From Lophium mytilinum (lineage: Eukaryota), in contig MU004186.1 in assembly GCA_010093605.1 (NCBI GenBank), forward strand, positions 513,765-577,764: a stretch of 64,000 nt of DNA, given 5' to 3'. Made by a program: the position numbers and the translations under genes. Shown here one piece after another: positions 11,278 through 23,552 of this stretch; position 1 is the stretch's first letter; every line of letters begins with the position of its first letter. The notes beneath the pieces were generated by a model. That model worked only from the letters and a program-made list of their open reading frames with translations, did no database searches and had not been told where the DNA came from.

Positions 11278-12980
11278 ATGACAAGCTGGCTGTCGTCTTT
11301 AGCCAGAATCACCCGACCGGTCCCTTCACTCTTCAGAACCAAACACAGAGCCCCGACGACTCCCTTCAATAGCTTGATAAACCCCTCTATCCGCCCAATG
11401 TCTGCCACCGCAGAACGCAGAGACCCTTTCAAGCCGGCGGCGAGGGTCGCGAGCCAGAATCAGGATGTCTGGTAATCAATTGGCTCTTCGCTATTCTTTT
11501 CCCCATGTTCTGTTTTTTTACCGGAAGAAAAGCACAAATGGTAGACATCTTGCTGACCATCCTATCAATCAGGACTATTGTCAATGAAGCTGCCGCCGCA
11601 TCGCCCATCCAGCCCATCGTAAACATGGGCCAGGGATTCTTCGGCTACAATCCTCCCCAATTCGTCATTGAAGCTGCGAAAGCATCCCTCGATAAAGTGG
11701 AATGCAACCAATACTCCCCCACAAAAGGCCGCCCGCGATTAAAGAAGGCCATCGCGAATGCGTACTCGCCTTTCTTCGGCCGGGAGATAAACCCAGACAC
11801 CGAGGTCACTATCACGACGGGTGCAAATGAGGGTACGATTACGTTCAAGCACTCTCAACTCTGATTGAATTAATGTAGTGGGAATACGGCTTCATAATGT
11901 TTCAGGAACGCTTGAGATACCGCGTCAGAAGCTGATATTGTCATTTCAGGCATGCTTTCCGCCTTCATGGCCTTCGTCGAGCCCGGCGACGAAGTCATCG
12001 TCTTCGAGCCCTTCTTCGACCAATACATCTCCAACATCGAGATGCCCGGCGGCAAAGTCGTCTACGTGCCCATGCACCCACCCCCAAACGGCTCTACCAC
12101 CACCTCCTCAGCCTCAGAATGGAAGATTGATATGCATCAACTCGAAGCCGCAATCACACCCCGCACACGCATGATCGTCCTCAACAGCCCCCACAACCCT
12201 ATCGGCAAGGTGTTCTCGCGCGAGGAACTTCTAGCTGTCGGCGAGCTATGCGTGAAACACGGCATCATCATCCTCAGCGACGAGGTGTACGACCGCCTCT
12301 ACTACGTCCCCTTCACACGCGTCGCAACCCTCTCCCCAGAGATCGAGCGCCTCACGCTGACCGTCGGCTCGGGCGGGAAAAACTTCTACGCGACCGGGTG
12401 GCGCGTAGGCTGGCTAATCGGCCCAGAGAACCTCATCAAATACGTTTCCGCAGCCCACACCCGCATCTGCTACAGCAGCGTCTCCCCGTTGCAAGAAGCC
12501 ACGGCCATCGGCTTCGAGGAGGCGGACAAGCACGGCTTCTGGGAGCAGAGCAAGCGGGAGATGCGGGCGAAGATGACGAAGTTCAACGCTGTGTGGGACG
12601 AGTTGGGGCTACCAGTAAGGTTTTTTCTTGTCTTACACCCAATATGTGGCCCCTATTCGATGCTAATGTTCGATCTTTTGTCAAATTAGTACTCCGACCC
12701 CGAAGGCGGCTACTTCGTCCTCGTGAATATGTCGCGCGTAAAAATGCCAGCCGACTACGACTTCCCACCCCACGTGGCCTCGCGGCCGCGCGATTTCAAG
12801 CTCTCGTGGTTCCTGATCAAGGAGCTTGGAGTTGCTGCCATCCCGCCTACTGAGTTCTTTACCCCGCAGAACGCGCATATCGTTGAGGACTGGCTACGAT
12901 TTGCGGTGTGCAAGGAAGATAGCGTACTTGAAAGCGCGATGGAGAGGCTCAGGGGGTTGAAGAAGTATATCCATGATTAG
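11278..12980 (+). CDS. BNA3: Kynurenine--oxoglutarate aminotransferase (PLP class I), 4 exons
   Basis: NMGQGFF, NQYSPTKGRPRL, TTGANEG, NSPHNPIGK, SDEVY and the PLP-lysine motif SGGKNFYATGWRVGW. Introns ~11472-11572, 11833-11949 and 12615-12689. Confidence 0.88.
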
Positions 12981-13364
12981 GTGAACAGTGGTGAAGTTCG
13001 GCCGTCCGATCTTAGCCAGGACGGCAAATTTAGGGGACCAGTCAGAATTTAGATCGTGAGGGATTCACCTCAACATACCCTATAATGGTAAGAGGCTGAC
13101 AGTGTTGGTGATCAGCCATGTGTTCCTTCGAGGAAGGCAATCTTGGCTACTGGCGAGCGTCTCTCCAGCGTAAGCGTTGGTATACAATAGATCTTACCCT
13201 CCAATTCCAGGTAATTCAGACAGATTCAAGAAAAGTCAAAAGCCATCACGTCTGTAGAACGAGTGTTGACCACTTTCCTGTTCAACCTACGTCGTCCAAT
13301 ATGAGAAAAATGCAATACGCTTTCAAATTCTTCCTACTCTAGCATCGATACTTAGACATGCCCC

Positions 13365-16300
13365 TCAAATCGCAATAAAGAAGCTCTTCTCCCCCTCCCT
13401 CGGCTCCACCCGCGCCCGCTGGATAATCGGATCCGCACAACTGACCCTAATCCTCTCCACCGTCGCCGGCGAGACTAAACTAAGCACCTCCTCCTCACCG
13501 AACTGCTTCCTCGCAGCCTTCAGCGCATCGCGAATAGCGAAGAAGACAGCCGAGCCCATGAAAAGGGGCGGTTCACCTATCCCTCAATTAGCACTCCAAA
13601 CCCAAAAAAGCGGGAGAACGGGAGGAAAAAAATCAACATACCAACGCCGCGACTTCTCTGAATCGTCCTCAAATTCTCCCACTGCACATCCTTCAACAAA
13701 CTCACATTCATCTCCTGCGGCACATCCCTAAACCCCGGAATCTTATACGCCCCGGGGCCGCGCGTGAAAATCTGCCCACTACCACGATGCCACAACATCT
13801 CCTCCGTCGTGAACAGGCCCTGGCCCTGCACAAACGCGCCCTCGATCTGGCCATAGTCGATAGCGGGGTTGATGGAGCGCCCGACGTCCATCTTAATATC
13901 CGCGCGCAGACACGTCCAATCCCCCGTCAGCGTGTCGATCTCGACCTCGGCGGCCGCGACGCCCTGCGTGAAGTAGAAGAACATCTGCCCCGTGTTCGGC
14001 CCCCAGACGTAACCGATGTCGGGCGTTTTGTAGAAGCCGTTGGCGGAGAGGTTGACGCGGTCGAAGTAGGCGGCGTGCGCGAGCTGCTTCATCGTGGCGT
14101 CCGGGCCGAGCTTCTCGCGGTAGGGCGCCAGGCGCTCGTTGAGCTGCTCGCAGGCGTTCCAGATGGCGTAACCGTTGAGGTCGGAGGAGGCAGAGGCGGC
14201 GGTCGAAGACGTGTTGGCGACGGTGTTGGTGGCGGTTTCGGAGATGAAGACGCTGGATTGAGGGACTTGGAGCGCTTCGGCGGCGATCATGGTCATCTTG
14301 GTGTGCAGGCCCTGGCCCATTTCGGTGCCGCCGTGGGCGAGGAGGATGGAGCCGTCGTGGTAGATGTGGACGAGGGCGCCGGCTTGGTTGAGGAAGAGGG
14401 CGGTGAAGGAGATGCCGAATTTGGTGGGGATGATGGCGAGGCCGCGTTTGTTCCATTTGTGGGTTGCGTTGAACTCTTCGATGGCCTGGCGGCGTTGGGC
14501 GTAGTTGGACTCGTCTTGAACTTGCTGGTACATGAGGGGGACGTAAAAATCTTTCAGCTCCTGGTTGAAATGGGTTTCCTCGCCAGGTTTGTACATGTTG
14601 ATTTCGCGGAATTTCTCAACCGGTATGTTGAGATGATCTGCAACTTCTGACATATAGGACTCGGCGATGAACATGCCCTGCGGTCCACCGAAGCCTCGGA
14701 ATGCTGTGTTGGAGACGGTGTTGGTCTTTGCGATTCGTCCCCTGACGTGGATGTTCGGAATCATGTAGACTCCGTCGACATGAGACAGCGCTCGATCGAC
14801 AACAGCAGCACTCAAATCTTGACTCCAGCCACCATTATTGATTACATCTGCATCGAGAGCTTGAATCTTGCCGTCGTTGTTGACAGCAACCTTCCATCTT
14901 CCCAGGAAGGGATGACGCTGACCAGAAGTCATGATATCCTCGTCTCGGTTGAGCATGCACCGCACTGGACGTCCAGTCTTCTTTGCAGCCACCGCGCAGA
15001 TACCAGCAAGCTGAACAGACCTAGTCTCTTTGCCACCAAAGCCACCTCCCATGCGCTTGACCCTCGAAACAATCTTGTTGGCATCAACACCTGTGACTTG
15101 TGCCACATAGGCCTGGGTCTCGGTCGGGTTCTGTGTGCTGCTAAAGACGTCCATTTCGCCGTCTTCCAGTTTAGGGACGCAGACCACTGCCTGAGTCTCC
15201 AGATAGAAATGTTCCTGGCCGCCCATCCGCGCAATGCCAGTGAAGACATGATCTGCTTCAGCAAATGCCTTCTCAGTATCGCCCTTGATAATGTAGCGGA
15301 AATGTTCGAAGTAGCTCTCCTTCTCGATGGCCTCTTCAATCGTAAAAATCGCTTGAAGATCTTCGTACTCAACCTTGACAGCCCTAGCACCGGCCTCTGC
15401 CTGCTTCGCAGATGCCGCCAATATAATTCCAATCGGCTGACCGGCAGTGAACACCTCATCCACTGCGAAGAAAGTCTCGTCGCACACAGGGGCGCCCCAC
15501 CAATTAGCTTGTGGGTTCGGAAGGTCGTGGTGGTCCACGTAGTCCGCAACACCAGGAAGATCCAATGCTGCCGATGGATCTACGCTAATGAGCTTTGCAT
15601 GTGCTTTGGTTGATAGAACGAGACATCCGTAAAGCTCGTTCTTCTGTACAGGGATGTCATCGGTGTATTGAGCCTCTCCAGTACATTGCTTCATCGCAGC
15701 GACGTGCGGTCGTTCCGAGCCCAAGATCTTCTGCTCATAAGCTTTCGCGGATGCATGATCCTTAGAACCGTGAGATATTATCCGTTCAATTTCGCCAATT
15801 GCTTCTGCATCAACAATAGCCTCCTCAGCCTTGAGCTCAGCTAGGACTTCGTTGTAGAACTTGTAGAAGAAGCCGAGAGCGAGGGATTTCCTGTAGGTCG
15901 CCATACCACCGGGAACGCCAAATCTTAGATCGAAATCTTCTTCCAGGGCGCCCATGACACCCTCCAGAGTGGCAGGATCGGTCCATTTCTTACCATCTAA
16001 GAACTCTCCGGCCTTCTTCGCAGCGATCGTGATGGGTGCCATACCGCCATACACTAGGCTCACGCTTTCAACGACATAGGCGTCATTGAGCTTGACTCTT
16101 AAAGCCGCGTTTACGATAGCAATATCGTCATCTTTCCTTTTAGCTTGCTTGTAGGCCCTCATGTATTCACCCTTCTCTTTAGCAGTTGGTATCCGCAAGC
16201 CAGCAATGACGGCATCAGGAGGCAGCGCCGTGACACGGTAGCCTTTGAAAAACTCGGACATGGGTATCTCCGTGGTCTTGTCGAGAGATTTCGCAATCAG

Positions 16301-17600
16301 AGTCGCATTGGACGCAACAAAGACGGGGTTCAAATCGGAGATAGGAGAAGCAGTTGCAAGGTTTCCAGCTGGAGTACCAACGTTCCGGATTTGCCTTCCT
16401 GCAAAGTATCGAATCGCCTTTAGTATCGCAGCAAAGGGCTGACCGCGCGCTTCTCCGTAATGTTTGACAGCCTCTTTCGCGATTTTCTCCAAATCGGTAA
16501 GCACGACGTTGCCACCGATTTCTAAGTAGTCATCTTCGAACGAGTACTGCCGAAGCTCTGGAATATCTCCAACAAAGACCGAAGCGGTATATTGCATAGC
16601 CTTGAACTTGATCTCAATCTGCGTCTCGGTGCTACCTCCGATGATCTTAGCCGAGGGATACGCACTCTTGATTTCCAGTAGCTGTTGCAAAGTGACAGGC
16701 CTGAACCACTTCTTCCTCTTATTGCCAAAGGCCAGAGGCTTGAAGTCGTGTTTGCGGAGCGTGGGAGGAAATATGAGCTCAGTATCAGGCTTATACTCAA
16801 TAAATCCAGGGGGTGTGAATCTCTTGATCGGTTGCTGGTCATCATCTACTCCACTCTTGCAGCATCCACCTCCGTTGCCGTTCTTCTCCATGCAACATCC
16901 CCCACCTCCATTTGCAGCCGCCTTTCCGCATGTTCTCTCCGCGCTGAAGCTCTGAGCCGCATCCAATATTGGTCTGTATCCTGTACATCTGCAGAGATTG
17001 CCATCGAAGGCCTCTTCTACCTCGTGTTCGGTGGGACTGGGATCATTTCGGAGTAGAGCGTAGAGGCTCTAGTTTCGAGTTAGCTAAGCCTAGATTAGGA
17101 TCTATGAGGGAGATACCATGACAATCCCAGGCGTGCAAAAACCGCATTGGCTGCCGTTGCTTTTCGCTATTCTCTCCTGTGCTGCATGGGGTTGCTTGAC
17201 ATTCCCTATACCCTCCACTGTGATGACATGCTTGCCATCAACACTGACCAGCGGTGCGAGGCAAGCATTGACTGAAGCATGGTAGATCTGCTTAGTCGTA
17301 GGATTGTATTGGGAGACAACCTGATCCAATCAATTCTAAGAACAATATATTTCAGTAGGTAGTATTGCCACTCACAACCGTACAAGCGCCACATCCTCCC
17401 TCAGCACAACCAAGCTTCGTACCCGTGAGTCCAATGCCTCGCAGGTACTCTAGCAAAGTAACTTCAGGGTCAGCAGAATCTAGAGTGACTTTAGTGCCAT
17501 TGAGGTAAAAGCGGAGCGTGTCATCGTAGGCGTCGGTGACGGAGATCAAAGACCGCGTCGACGCAACTGACACAGCAGGCTCGACAATGCCAGGCGCCAT
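13365..17600 (-). CDS. hxA: Xanthine dehydrogenase (purine hydroxylase I), 4 exons
   Basis: 2Fe-2S motifs [24 protein letters not shown] and [12 protein letters not shown] domain; Moco-binding motifs [10 protein letters not shown] and [10 protein letters not shown]. Confidence 0.95.
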
Positions 17601-17823
17601 CTTGATAGGGTATAAGAAAGAAGGAAATCGGAATGATCCAGGGTCAATAGAAGAGAAAGGAACAATGTAGGACCACAGCACTAGAGAAAGCTACCCTGCA
17701 GGTATTAGAAGCAGTGGGGCAGGTCAGTAAGATATGGGTTGAAGCCGCGGCAGGCCGGCTCCCGATGAAAAGAAGGAACACAGGCTGACGAATGAAACGG
17801 CCGGCAGTTCGTTGGCCGTGGGT

Positions 17824-18079
17824 CTTATCATCTAAGGCCCTTTCCCGCGCCTGGAGTTGACAGTTTGCGGCATGTAGGAGGGCGGAGATGGCCGTCATAG
17901 GCCGCTAAAGTGGACGCTTCCGTGTGAGGGGCAGGCCCCAGATCTCAGATCCAGCCCTTTGTTTGGTTAAGCTTCACCACAGCGCGGCACGAGTTCGTAG
18001 ATCTGTTTTGTTTTTGCGTGTAGAGCATCACAGCTATAGTCATGAACACGGCTGTATTCAAATGCGCGGCCACCTCCGA
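17824..18079. promoter_or_regulatory. Putative UaY-type (CGG-N6-CCG, two copies) and AreA-type GATA sites upstream of xanthine dehydrogenase
   Basis: CGG-AGATGG-CCG at 17883-17894, CGG-CCACCT-CCGA at 18067-18079, and TGATAAG on the minus strand at ~17824-17830. Confidence 0.4.
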
Positions 18080-19069
18080 GAACACCGGTAAGCCCCTGTT
18101 TTCTATGGCATATTGTGTATCACGTGACAATAGCACGCTGTTATGTTTTGGATCAGCAACAAGTGCTGACTATTCTATAGTAGACACATGAGGTGTGGGT
18201 AGGGTACGCGCAATACTCTTAGGGGAAAACTGACCTTACCAAAGTCCATTTCCGCTTTCGAACCTGAGCATACAATGTATTCTATAAAACTGAGCAGTGA
18301 CTAAGCGAACCTAAACATCATCAGGGCCCATATCCACTACGACACAGGGTATGCGAATCATCCACTCGATAATCACCCAATCTCTCCAGCTTGCCGACCC
18401 CTGCGTCGGCGCCTACACATGCACCTTTATCACCCGCAGCTGCAGGTTGTCTCGCTGCGATGCGATTTTGTCGAGATCAAGATTTTAGAGCCTGACTGGG
18501 GACTGTCATTCTTTTGTCTATCTATTGGAAGCTTCCTTCTTAGTATCACCGAAAGCCACGGTATTAATCTTAACGACAAGCTGGCCCAGAAAGCTGGCTG
18601 CGGACCGTTGCGCATCTCGCCCCCACGCAGTGTCTAATGCTGTTATTGGCTCTGATCGTTCGAGGTGGCTATCTGACCGAACAGGGACCACTCCCCAGGG
18701 GCTCGACCTGACAGCCAACATACTACAGTACTGGTACCGTGCTGCAGCACCACTAATTGTGGCTTCCTCCTGTATCAGCATGTCTGTTTTTCCCACAGGT
18801 GATGTTTCAGGATATTTCGTCATCACCGAACTGACAAATGCATAACAACCAGCAGATACAGGCGCCGCGCGAGGCTGAGACATGCCATTGTCGAGGTGCA
18901 TACGATCAGGCGGAACGGTGCCTAGCCGTACGTATATAGACTGGCATTCAGCCTTTCTGCAGCTACTTGTGAGCGCTCCCAGCGACTTGAACAGGCCACT
19001 TCATGGTCAGAACGCGCGGTCTTTTCAACTACAGCCACGCTTCCATTCAAACAGACGAGACGCATTCCG

Positions 19070-21597
19070 ATGAAGTTTCCAGTCCCTTTCATTCGAGCTA
19101 TGTTCAAGTCGCGTCGAGTTAGGATTCCGGCTATCATCAGTACCGCACTCCAAGTCTATACCAATATCATATCTCCCGCCATTCACGATGCCCTTCGATC
19201 ATGGGGCACATCCATTGTCGGCGTTTGGATGAGAGACATCGCCTCTTTCCCTCAACGAGCAGGACCAGAGCCAAAGAAGATCGCAATATATCGAAGTAAA
19301 TTCATCTGGGCGCTCTCTTTACTTATTCACCTTCTTCCAATCTGGGCTTGTACAAGCCTGGCAGCAATAAATCTAAGAGGATTCTACCTTGGAAGTCAAA
19401 TGGCCGGTAAAATCGGCCATACCCAGCTCAAATTACTCGGCCTTCAGGTGACTTCCAAGCTGTTGGAGCTGTTGATTCTTGCATCCCTCTCAAATCATGT
19501 CTCGTCCCTCATAAGATTTGAGCTTCTCAGTCACCGAGGGCTGCCATTTGGGGCACTAACCTCCAGTTCGCAGATTAGTAGCTTGTCTTATCTATGGTCG
19601 ATGGAGCTGTGGGCATTACTCTTTTCACCTTCAATGAAAAAGAGACATAGATTCAGATTCTTCGGCCTATTATTTCTGTGTGCTCTGCTGGGAGGCGTGG
19701 TTGGCCCCGCAATCGCGACGCTGCTGCAACCCCAATTAGACTTCTGGCCCGCCGGGGGCACGGATCTTTGGCTCAATTCCACCCTGGATAGGCTCTTTCC
19801 ACCAACTCTAGATATGAGTACCCTTCCGACCTTAGAGTGCGCCACAACTGGGCTGGATGTATGTCCTACGGCAGGCTGGGAAACAATGAACGACTGGTTG
19901 CGAATTTTGTACTTTACCGACAGAGGTGATGACTATGGCAGACCCTCATCCACTTCGTGGATTCCTAGTACTTTATCAATACCTGCGCAGACCGTGAGCC
20001 TTGAACCTTTTTACACCATTCGCCCCCCAGTTGACGATGAGTTTTTCGCTTTCTCATGGATGAAACTTCCTCACGTCGGACTTGCCCAGGCTTTGAGCAC
20101 TGGCAGCCACTTGTGGTGGTCAGCTGCTATAAGGGCTTCACAAAACTACGGAAAGGGCTCTCGACTCTGGGACAAAGTAACAGACCAATACTCTTTTGTT
20201 CATCTCAGTCCAGAAGTTCAGACGCAGTGCAACCACACCCTCTACAACGCCACAGCACTGAAGGCTTGCGTTCCTTTTCGTCAAGCAGAGTCTCCCTGGG
20301 AAACCATAGAACAATGCGATAACGAAGCTATCGAAGCATGGGTCAGTAACGACCTTGAAAACACCCGACCGACAGTTCACTGGATCGATGGTAGTAGCAA
20401 CTGGAACGGGGCCCCAAACATTTCCGATCTTAATCTACCAGGCGGCTACAACGCAGCGGCACTCGTGACGCTTCCGAAAACTGTCTCAAAAGATGTGCAT
20501 GCAATAGGATGCTCGGTGAGGGTGCAATACGGAGTTGGCACATACACCACAGAGTCTGTTAGTGGCAAAGTTGGAATTGGTCTAACTATATTTACTGAGG
20601 ACAAGGTGCCACGCGGGTGACAGAAAAACGCGTACACTAAATCACCAAAATCGCTTAGATCAGCAAAAGACACCTGAAAGTAGAGCATCTTCCAACCACC
20701 AAATCTGATTAGTATCATATGAAAACTAGATCGTTGTATAGAGCTCCTTCTGAGGATTACTTTTGTCTACTTTGAGGATATTGTTCTCTCAGAAAGTGGC
20801 AGCTGTATTGTCTACCGAAAGCGACAAGTGGTTTTGGTGTACGCGTTTTTCTGTCAGCCGGGTGGGTGCCTTTATCACAGCCGAGACCGCAATTGCAAAC
20901 AGGCTGGCTCAACGACTTGAACCCAACTCCTCTTCATTCGAACACGTCAATATTCGAGCAGATGCTCATTACTGCCGGTGTCTGGGACCCACACACCAAC
21001 CAGTCAGACCCAGTCACAAGCAAAGTGGAAGCCATTCTGCTTTTCCTCATTGCAAATGGAATGGCACGTACCGACCCCTACGCTACGACCCAAAGCACAG
21101 TAGAATACCGCGACCCAGATACAGGCGAACCTACGAACTGGTGGCAGGCTCTCATACCTAAGGGCGTCTTTGACTACGGTGGGAACGCCTTCAAACTCAC
21201 GCCGGAGCAACGAATCCAGTCCATGAGGCTCCATATGAACACTGACCTTCAAGGTTACGCATACGGCTACCATTCCGGGAGTGGCGCAGGGCTACTTTTC
21301 TCCGGCGTTGTAGTGATTATCTATGTGGCCCTGTCGCTCGTATTGTTAGTCAGCTTCTGGATACAACATAGGTGGTTGATTTCAAGCAGCTGGCACACAA
21401 GCACCGAGATCCTCGCCCTGGCGCTTGGATCGGAGGCGCTGCCTGCTTCGACGTCCGCGCTACAAAACACCTCGGTGGGCATCCACAACTTGAGCTCACT
21501 GCAACACAAACTGCGTCTCATCGCCAAAGACGGGAAGGTCCAAATCGTACTTGCAGAAGAGCCCGGGCCTTACATTCGTCCCAATGTTGAGTACTAA
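19070..21597 (+). pseudogene. Fungal multi-pass membrane protein of unknown function, interrupted by a MITE at 20610-20864
   Basis: The 516-aa and 243-aa ORFs join in frame (...EDK-VPLSQPRPQ...) once the element and one TSD copy (260 bp) are removed. Hydrophobic segments occur near both termini. Confidence 0.75.
20610..20864. mobile_element. Non-autonomous TIR element, 255 bp, CAC...GTG ends, TSD GGTGC
   Basis: The left end CACGCGGGTGACAGAAAAACGCGTACAC matches the reverse complement of the right end, CACCCGGCTGACAGAAAAACGCGTACAC, at 26/28 positions. GGTGC lies at 20605-20609 and 20865-20869. Confidence 0.9.
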
Positions 21598-22478
21598 AAT
21601 GATTACAGCGAGCTCGGCACAAGGAAGGCACCTAGGGTCGATTATTACTATTCATTACTCTATTATATACAATTGAGATGTGACTGAGGAAAAAGCGAGT
21701 GGTTCATTACGTGGGAATATAGAAAACTTGGTCCTCGAGCAAGCTAGATTATAGTCCAGCGTAACAAGGCACGTAATCGCACTTGGAAACTATGCTTCAC
21801 TATTCCTGACCAAATCGATACCACAATAATATGGATGGATAAAGTGGCGAGGGTGAAATCCGAAGTGCCCATAGACCCCTCAAGTTCAACTATCAGCCAG
21901 AGATTCGGCCGCTTAATATTCAGAATTGGGCCTTCTTAGCTTCGGCTGGCTGCTCAAATTGGCTTCCCTAGTTGAATGGCTGACCACGTAGATGTTGGCT
22001 GGCCGCCCAGGATGAAGCTGGTCGCCTAGGAAATGGCTGGCATGTTTGAGTTTGGCTGGCCCAAATCCAGACCAAGCCGAGCATCAACTACCCAGTTTCA
22101 GGCCTCATTCCCAGCTCACCCCTTGAACTCTCCTTCGCGTAAAGTTTCCCATACACTCTAGCAAGGATGGATCCAGATAGACATCAAATAGGAGTATTTT
22201 ACCGAGTTTGGATAGAATAGTGAGTTGAAGCTGAGCGTCCTCAGTTGTGGCGGTGCAACCTGAGCAGAGATAGGTAAAGCCAGATTTGAGCTGGGTGTTA
22301 TTCTGGCATACGGACACTGATTACCGCGCCATCTTAACGAGGAAGTGAGACGAGATAAGTTGGTCGATGATCTGCGCCTCAGTACACCTGTAGGTCTGTT
22401 TTGTTCTCACGGTGACACGAGAATAGAATGTTCGTTTGTGGACCAAAGCCTCAACCTGCACACCTCAAGCAGTGTCTA

Positions 22479-22695
22479 CAGTCCTAGGCCACAAGTCTGG
22501 GCACACGGCCTCGGCTCCAACTTGCCCGCTCAACACCACTGTTAGGGGTAGCCTGGCTGCTGAGCAGGCAATTCCGTCTAGAGGCAGTCTAATCTGCACT
22601 GCTTAAAGCTTGACATCGACCTTGAGTCTTCGAAACCATGCGGGGGACCCCAAGCAGTGGCATACCAGTGTGCCCAGACTTGTAACCTGTCACTG
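22479..22695 (+). mobile_element. Tc1/mariner-type MITE, copy 1 (TA TSD, CAGT...ACTG ends, ~28-bp imperfect TIRs)
   Basis: TA|CAGTCCTAGGCCACAAGTCTGGGCACAC ... GTGTGCCCAGACTTGTAACCTGTCACTG|TA. Homologous to the elements at 52839 and 62035. Confidence 0.85.
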
Positions 22696-23552
22696 TAAGG
22701 GGGCAGTGCCCTTGTATTGAATCACAGATCGCATGTCACTTCCTGGAGGTCAACAATGGGCTGAAGCCCTTCATATACTGCCAAGAGAGTGTAAAGTTGA
22801 TTGATGAACTGTTGAATTGATAGCTATCTATCGTACACGACGACGACTGATGATCGCAGTAAGCGACATCTCACGCCAAAACCCCTTTTCGCCACTAGCT
22901 ATCATGATGCCGTGAACCGAGAGAAGCAATCAAATCCGTGTCCTTACCGTTATTAAAACATAGCTCCAAAGATAGAGACAAGAACGCAAGAGAGAAAGCA
23001 CCGTGGCACTATTCGCAAGGAGATCGAAAGTCCGGAAGCTTGAATCATGGTCAGATCGCAGCAGCAGGACAACCAAGGAAAAGCAACCAGGGACCATCCA
23101 GCCGCTCAGGTGCAGGGCCACTCCTGACGGCGGCAAGACGGTGCAAAATAATGATGACCCGGCGGTCACAGGCCAAGTATGTCATCCAGATGTCATGTTG
23201 AAGCCAATCAAGATGCAGCAGCAGTAGGTATCAATCGTCTCCGTCCGGGAAGTGGAAGTAGTTCAAAGGTTTTCGGAGTCATCCATGAGCGACCAATAGT
23301 AGTAGTCAACCATGATCGACATGCGATCAGACGAGCATCAGCCACAGTTCAAGACTTCAGACCTTGGTAGGGCCGCCGGTATGTCAGATCAGTCCGGGGA
23401 AACGGTCCAAGTGTAGAGTGAGAGTCAAGCCATCAGAGAAAAGTCGCAAAGCATCGGTCATGCAGTCATGCATCAAGCGTCGAAGTCTCAGCAGCAAGCG
23501 CACCAACGTCACGGTGGACACATCAAGCTGGCACTCAGGCGGAGGGCGGCAG

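Noticed and set aside
13787..15613. Two ~288-aa plus-strand ORFs opposite xanthine dehydrogenase
   Set aside because: Antisense shadows of a GC3-rich conserved gene.
11278..17600. BNA3 and xanthine dehydrogenase as a metabolic gene cluster
   Set aside because: They act in different pathways, are convergent, and have no accompanying transporter or regulator.
21940..22065. CRISPR-like interpretation of the repeat/spacer pattern
   Set aside because: Cores are only 5-8 bp and degenerate, the context is eukaryotic, and no cas genes are present.
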